From NCBI GenBank assembly GCA_032718475.1, contig JAUCBJ010007300.1, positions 132,766 through 196,765 on the forward strand: a stretch of DNA of 64,000 nucleotides. The letters run 5' to 3'. This stretch comes from Nemertoderma westbladi. Its lineage: Eukaryota > Animalia > Xenacoelomorpha. The notes under the pieces were generated by a model, which saw only the letters and a list, made by a program, of their open reading frames with translations, ran no database searches and was not told the DNA's origin. A program made the translations under genes and the position numbers. Positions 54,001 to 60,000 of this stretch are shown piece after piece; within the stretch, counting starts at the first letter, position 1, and the number at the start of each line of letters is the position of its first letter.

Positions 54001-57000
54001 CCTTATAAACAAAAAGTGGAGAAATAGCATGATCAACTGCGAGGCATACAACTCGTTCAACCTAATTGGTTCGGACCACATAATTGTGACTGCAGAGATC
54101 AGACTCAGTTTGAGAGCCAGCAAACCCAGGACAAGCAAGCAAATCAACTATGACTGGGAGAAACTCAGAACTGACAATGCTGTAAAGGATGCTTATACAG
54201 TAGAAGTTCAAAACCGCTTTGAAGCACTTCAGTCAATGGATGAAGACCAATCCACCGATTCAATATACCAGAATATAATAACAGCCCACAAGGAATCAGC
54301 TAAGAGGCATATCCCCCAGAAACCTAAACGAAAACAGTATGTGCCATGGCAAAACTCTGAGGTTACTTGTAAGAGAGAAGATCTTAAGATAGCCTACAAA
54401 GTTAAAACCGAACAACCAACAACCGAAAACATTAACAAGGTTGAGAAAGCTAAGGACGATCTTAAATTGGCCTACAACATCAGCCAGGAAAAGTACATAC
54501 AGGATAAAACTGAAGCAATTACAACTGCTCACATACAGCAACAATCAAGACTTACCTGGCAAACTGTAAATGAGGTATCTGGTCGGAAAAGTTGTGCAAA
54601 GGGGCGCCTCAAAGCCGATAGTCCTGAAGAACGTGTTGGGAAGTGGAAAAATCACTTCAGCAACTTGCTTGGGCAGCCACCAAACATCGAGGTCAACCCT
54701 ACAAGGAAAATATATGACAAGACACTACCTATAGAAACAGGGGACTTCACACCTGCCGAACTCCAAAGAAGCATTAAAAGCATGTCCAATAATAAAGCGA
54801 GTGGATTATATGAAATCCCAGCGGAGGTATGGAAAACCGGAGTGCTAAATAGACCATTATTGAATGTTTGCAACCGGATGTTAAAAGGGGAAAAGCCACC
54901 GCCAATTTGGACTAAAGGTCAACTAAAGCCTCTCCCCAAGAAAGGAGACCTCGGCATACCAACAAATTATCATGGGATCTGTCTGCTTGTGGTAGCTGCC
55001 AAAATATACAATAAAATGATTCTATATAGGATTGGGCCTCACATAGAGAAACTACTGCGTAAGAGCCAAAGCGGATTTCGACCAAGTAGATCAACAATAG
55101 CTCAGATACTTGCACTACGGAGACTGATTGAAGGAATTAAGTCAAAGAATCTCCCCGCAGTCATGACTTTTGTGGACTTCAAGAAGGCATTCGACTCCAT
55201 CCATAGAGGTAAAATGCTTGAAATCCTAAGAGCTTATGGAATACCAGAAGTAATTTTTGCTGGCATTGGATTGTTATATTGTGACACAGAAGCGCAGGTA
55301 CTCTTACCAGATGGTGAAACTGAGTTTTTCTCAATCCTGGCTGGCGTACTGCAAGGTGACACATTAGCACCATTACTATTTGTAATTGTGCTGGATTACG
55401 CAATGAGGACGGCCACAAAGGGTGAAGATCTGGGCTTCACACTTCAAGAACGCAGAAGTAGTAGATATCCAGCAACTACAGTCACAGACAGCGACTTTGC
55501 GGATGACATCGCCTTGCTCTCTAATACGCTAGCAGATGCACAGCTTCTACTAAATAAAGTGGAGAGGGCTGCTAAGGAGGTTGGATTGCATATAAATGCT
55601 ACCAAGACCGAATTCATGACCTTTAATGTTGATGGAAACTTGACAACCATTGATAATCAACTAAGGAAGGTCGATGACTTCCAGTACCTTGGATCATGGA
55701 TAGAGAGTAGCAAAAAGGACATAGAAGTTAGGAAAACAAAGGCTTGGGTAGCTCTATCAAAAATGGATACCATCTGGAAATCAGATCTCTCCAGGCACCT
55801 GAAGACTAAGTTCTTTCGAGCCACAGTGGAAAGTGTATTTTTATACGGGGGTGAGACCTGGACACTGACTAAATCACTTGAACAACGAATTGATGGTTGC
55901 TACACAAGACTACTAAGAGCAGCCCTAAACATCAGCTGGAGACAACACATGACAAACGCCGAGCTTTATGGTACAATACCACCTGTATCAATCACCCTCC
56001 ATGAACGCAGATTAAGATTCAGTGGGCACTGCTGGCAAAGTAAAGACGAGGTCATACCAGATCTACTTCTCTGGCAACCAACTCATGGAAAGCGTAGTCG
56101 TGGACGACCTGCCATAACATATATAGATCAACTTGAAAGGGATACTGAACTTGGGAGAAACGAAATTGCGACAACTATGGAGAATCGGGAAGCCTGGAAG
56201 GATCTCATTTCCACTGTCCGAGTTCGCTCGACCTAGTAGTAGTAGTAGTAGTATCTAGAGAATTAGAGTAACTAAACAAAATAATATAATATACAGTACT
56301 TGCTGTCATTCCTCATGCTTTTCTTATTGTTGTTGTTTCTTCAAAACCCAACATTGGTGACCCGGACGAGATCTGCGGGAGCAAGTGGACAAATCATCTC
56401 GTTTCCTTATTCAATTCGGACAAACTTTTATTTAAAAACAAATCATACAATCACAAATTTAATCACCACAAATCTCTGTTTCGGCGAATACAACATGTCA
56501 AGTTTCGACAAATTCCGGAAAGCTGAATTACTGCAAACACTTCACCAACTTCGGGAGCACGACCCTACTTTTGTAGCTCCCACTAAGAAAGCGGATATAA
56601 TCGACGAATTAAGAACGGAGAATCCTTCAGCTGTAAAAGCTATCCTTTCAATCCATTGTAATCAGATTGACAGTACCAATAAATCTCAACTTATAACTAC
56701 AGTACAAAAAACTCGGTTGCCGGAATTCTATCCTAAGGATGCTCGAACGTGGTTCCAGCAAGTGGAGGCCGTTCTCCATGGTCAATTAGAACATTCTAAG
56801 AAGGCTAACCTGCTCGCTGCATTACATACCGAAATCATTCTCGATGCTGGAGTAAACGTCGATGACGAATTCGACAATATAAGACGCGACATTATTTCCC
56901 ATCTCGCTGACAGCGATGAACGACGGTTAAAAAAACTTCTCGATGCGCAGGAACTCGGCGACCGCAAACCTTCTGCCGTTCTAAGGCAGATGCAACGCTT

Positions 57001-60000
57001 GATCCAGGTGGAGGGAATGAACAAATAATCCGTCTGCGATTAATCGAGATTATGCCACCGACAATACGAATAGTACTCAGTACACTCTCGGATCTGAACT
57101 TAGACCGTCTTGCTGAGGTCGCAGACAAGATGATAGAACAACAAAACCCCCCAATCTCCGCACCAATAGCTCATGTTTCCGATCTAAACTCCCTGCAGCA
57201 ATCACAGCAAATGCTAATGGAATCCCAAAAACTCCTATCAGATCAGGTGGCTGAAATCAGCTATCATTTGCACAACATTTCGGTACCACAGCACTACTCA
57301 AGATCTCGGTCCACCTCCAGAAATCGCTTCTCTGGATCCACTGCCGGCAGATATAACGATCGCACCCCTGCCAACCGGCGTAGTCAATCGCGCGGCCGAG
57401 ACTACAATCAAAACGGTCCATGGTGTTTCTACCATTTCCGTTTCGGGAACGAAGCCAATAAATGCACTCCCCCGTGCAGTTATGGTGTGGAGAATCGAGA
57501 TTCGCCTAGAGGAACTGGTGGGTCTTACAACGGACACAATGTTAGTGGTAATAGTAATACTAGTAGTGGTAACTCAGTGGTAGTTCAGAAGTGCCGAAAT
57601 GACCTTCATAAGGCGCAGAAAGAGTCCCGACTCAAACAGACTACAGCGGCCAAGAATGCAGTTAAAGCTGCATCTAGGTCCCTGAACAGGCAGTACTCTG
57701 TTAATCTACAGGAGCTAATAAACCAACAGGTTGATGCCATCAATGATGCTGACGACAGCAGGCAATCATCCCAGGCATGGAAATCGATCAATCTGCTTAC
57801 TGGGCGGAAAAGCCAACCAACCACCAAGGTTAAGGCTGAATCACCAGCTGATCGCCTCAATGGTTGGAAAGCCCACTTTGAAAAGCTCCTCAATAATGAC
57901 AGGGTATTGCCTGATAACTTTATAGAAGTAAAAGTGTCTGAGTCTGTACTCCCAGATATTCCCATTGGCGATATCTCCTTTGCAGAAGTGAATGCTGCTG
58001 CAAAGAGCATTAAGACCAATCGTGCCAGTGGAGTAGATGGTGTTCCCCCTGAGGTCTTTAAAATACCTGAGTGTTTAAAGCTCATCTATCCCATCATAGT
58101 AGACATGTACCGTACAACAAGAGTCCCACAAGAAATGAAAACAAATAAGTTGGTGCCAGTTCCCAAGAAAGGCAACCTAACACTCTATGGTTCTTTTCGG
58201 GGAATCTCATTGATCTCGATTGCTGCAAAACTATACAATAGAATTCTATTAAATCGCATCAGGGATCCCATTGAGAGGCTGCTACGTGGAAATCAGAATG
58301 GGTTCCGTAAAGGTCGTGGGACCATGGAGCCCATTTTGGCACTTAGAAGGATAATTGAAGAGTTATCAAAAAAGAAAGACAGGCATCTGGCTGTTATCTT
58401 TGTTGACTTCTTCAAGGCCTTTGATTCAGTCTCTCGCTCACGTATGTTCAGCATACTTTCATTATATGGGATTCCTGATGAAATTATTGCAGCAATCAGA
58501 TCAGTATACGATGGTTCAACAACATTTGTGTCTACTGTTGACGGTGACAGAACCATTTGAAGTGTTATGGGGCGTCCTCCAAGGAGACACACTTGCACCA
58601 TTCTTGTTCATTATTGTGGTTGACTATGTTCTACGCATGTCCTTAGATCATCATAATGATGATGGGGTGATGATAACTCCACCTACTGGCTCCAGAAGTC
58701 GAGGAAATCCTGCCAAGTACCTAACTGATCTAGACTTTGCTGATGACTTAGGAGTACTCTCAGAATCATTAGAGGGAGCCCAGCGGCTCCTCAGCTCATT
58801 AGAACATGCTGCTTCTAGTGTTGGTCTTTTTATTAACTCCAGAAAGACCAAAATTCTGACAGTTAACTTTGAAAGTCCTCAGCAAGTCTCTGATCGGATG
58901 AGCATAAGCTCAAAGGATGGTATGCTTGAGCATGTGGACGACTTCTGTTACCTGGGATCATGGATCCGGAAGTCAGGTGAGGACCTTCGAATACGTAAGG
59001 GAAAGGCATGGGCAGCCTTGAATAGGCTTTCCAGGATTTGGAAGTCACCTAGAATTAATCGGAAACTTAAGGTCCGATTATTTAGAGCAGCAGTAGTTCC
59101 AGTACTCCTCTACGGGAGTCCATGCTGGGCTCTAACTGCTGAGGACACCAAATCTCTGGATGGCACATTCACAAGAATGCTACGCCGGGTACATTGTGTC
59201 AAGTACAATGCACACATCTCCAACCAGACACTATATAACATTGGAGGTGTCTCATTGGTTCCCCCAAGCTTGACACTAGAACAAAATCGGCTCCGCTTTG
59301 CAGGACATTGCTTTCGCCGTGAGGACCAGCCAGTGCATAATCTTGTACTTTGGCAGCCTCATGGAGTGAATAAGCATGGTGGACAACCCATGACTTTCTT
59401 GAGACGCATCTTAAAGGACACTGGCCTTGAAGATGCGGATGATCTAGCAAATGTCATGGGTGATAGGGAGTTGTGGCGGTGCGATTTTGTCGATAAGCCG
59501 GCACAGCATTCTTAAAAATGCAGCTGCAATGCAGCATGCCGATCCTAGTAGTAGTAGTGGTAATGTAAATTCTGTTTATATTACGGCAAACCCTGTTGGT
59601 AATTTTCTAGTTGATTCAGGCAGTGAATTTTCTATTTTGCCTCCAAGTTTTAGTCATCTTTTAGACAATTTTTCTGACAAATGTGAAACTAGATTAACAG
59701 CTGCTAATTCATCTAGCATTAAGAATTATGGTGTTGGTCAATTAAAATTTTCGATCCCTTGTCTCAGTAACAAAACATTCACCTGGAAGTTTTTGGTGGC
59801 GGAGGTGAGCCAACCAATATTAGGATTGGATTTTCTACGTTTCCATGATATCAATATTGATTGCAAAGCTGGAGAAATTTATTTACACAAACAAGTTCTG
59901 GGCACTGGAAATAGTAGCGCAGCTAACACCAATAACATTGAGAGTAAATGTTCGAAAGTAATTAATAATAGTAATGAACGTAAAAGTGATAGCGGTTATT

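Noticed and set aside
54296-58085. Antisense ORFs inside the RTE copies
   Set aside because: They are shadow ORFs of the coding strand, repeated only because the elements are repeated.
59451-59563. N-terminus of the 514-aa ORF as a real pol start
   Set aside because: It is an alternate-frame reading of the RTE-B 3' end and its TSD.
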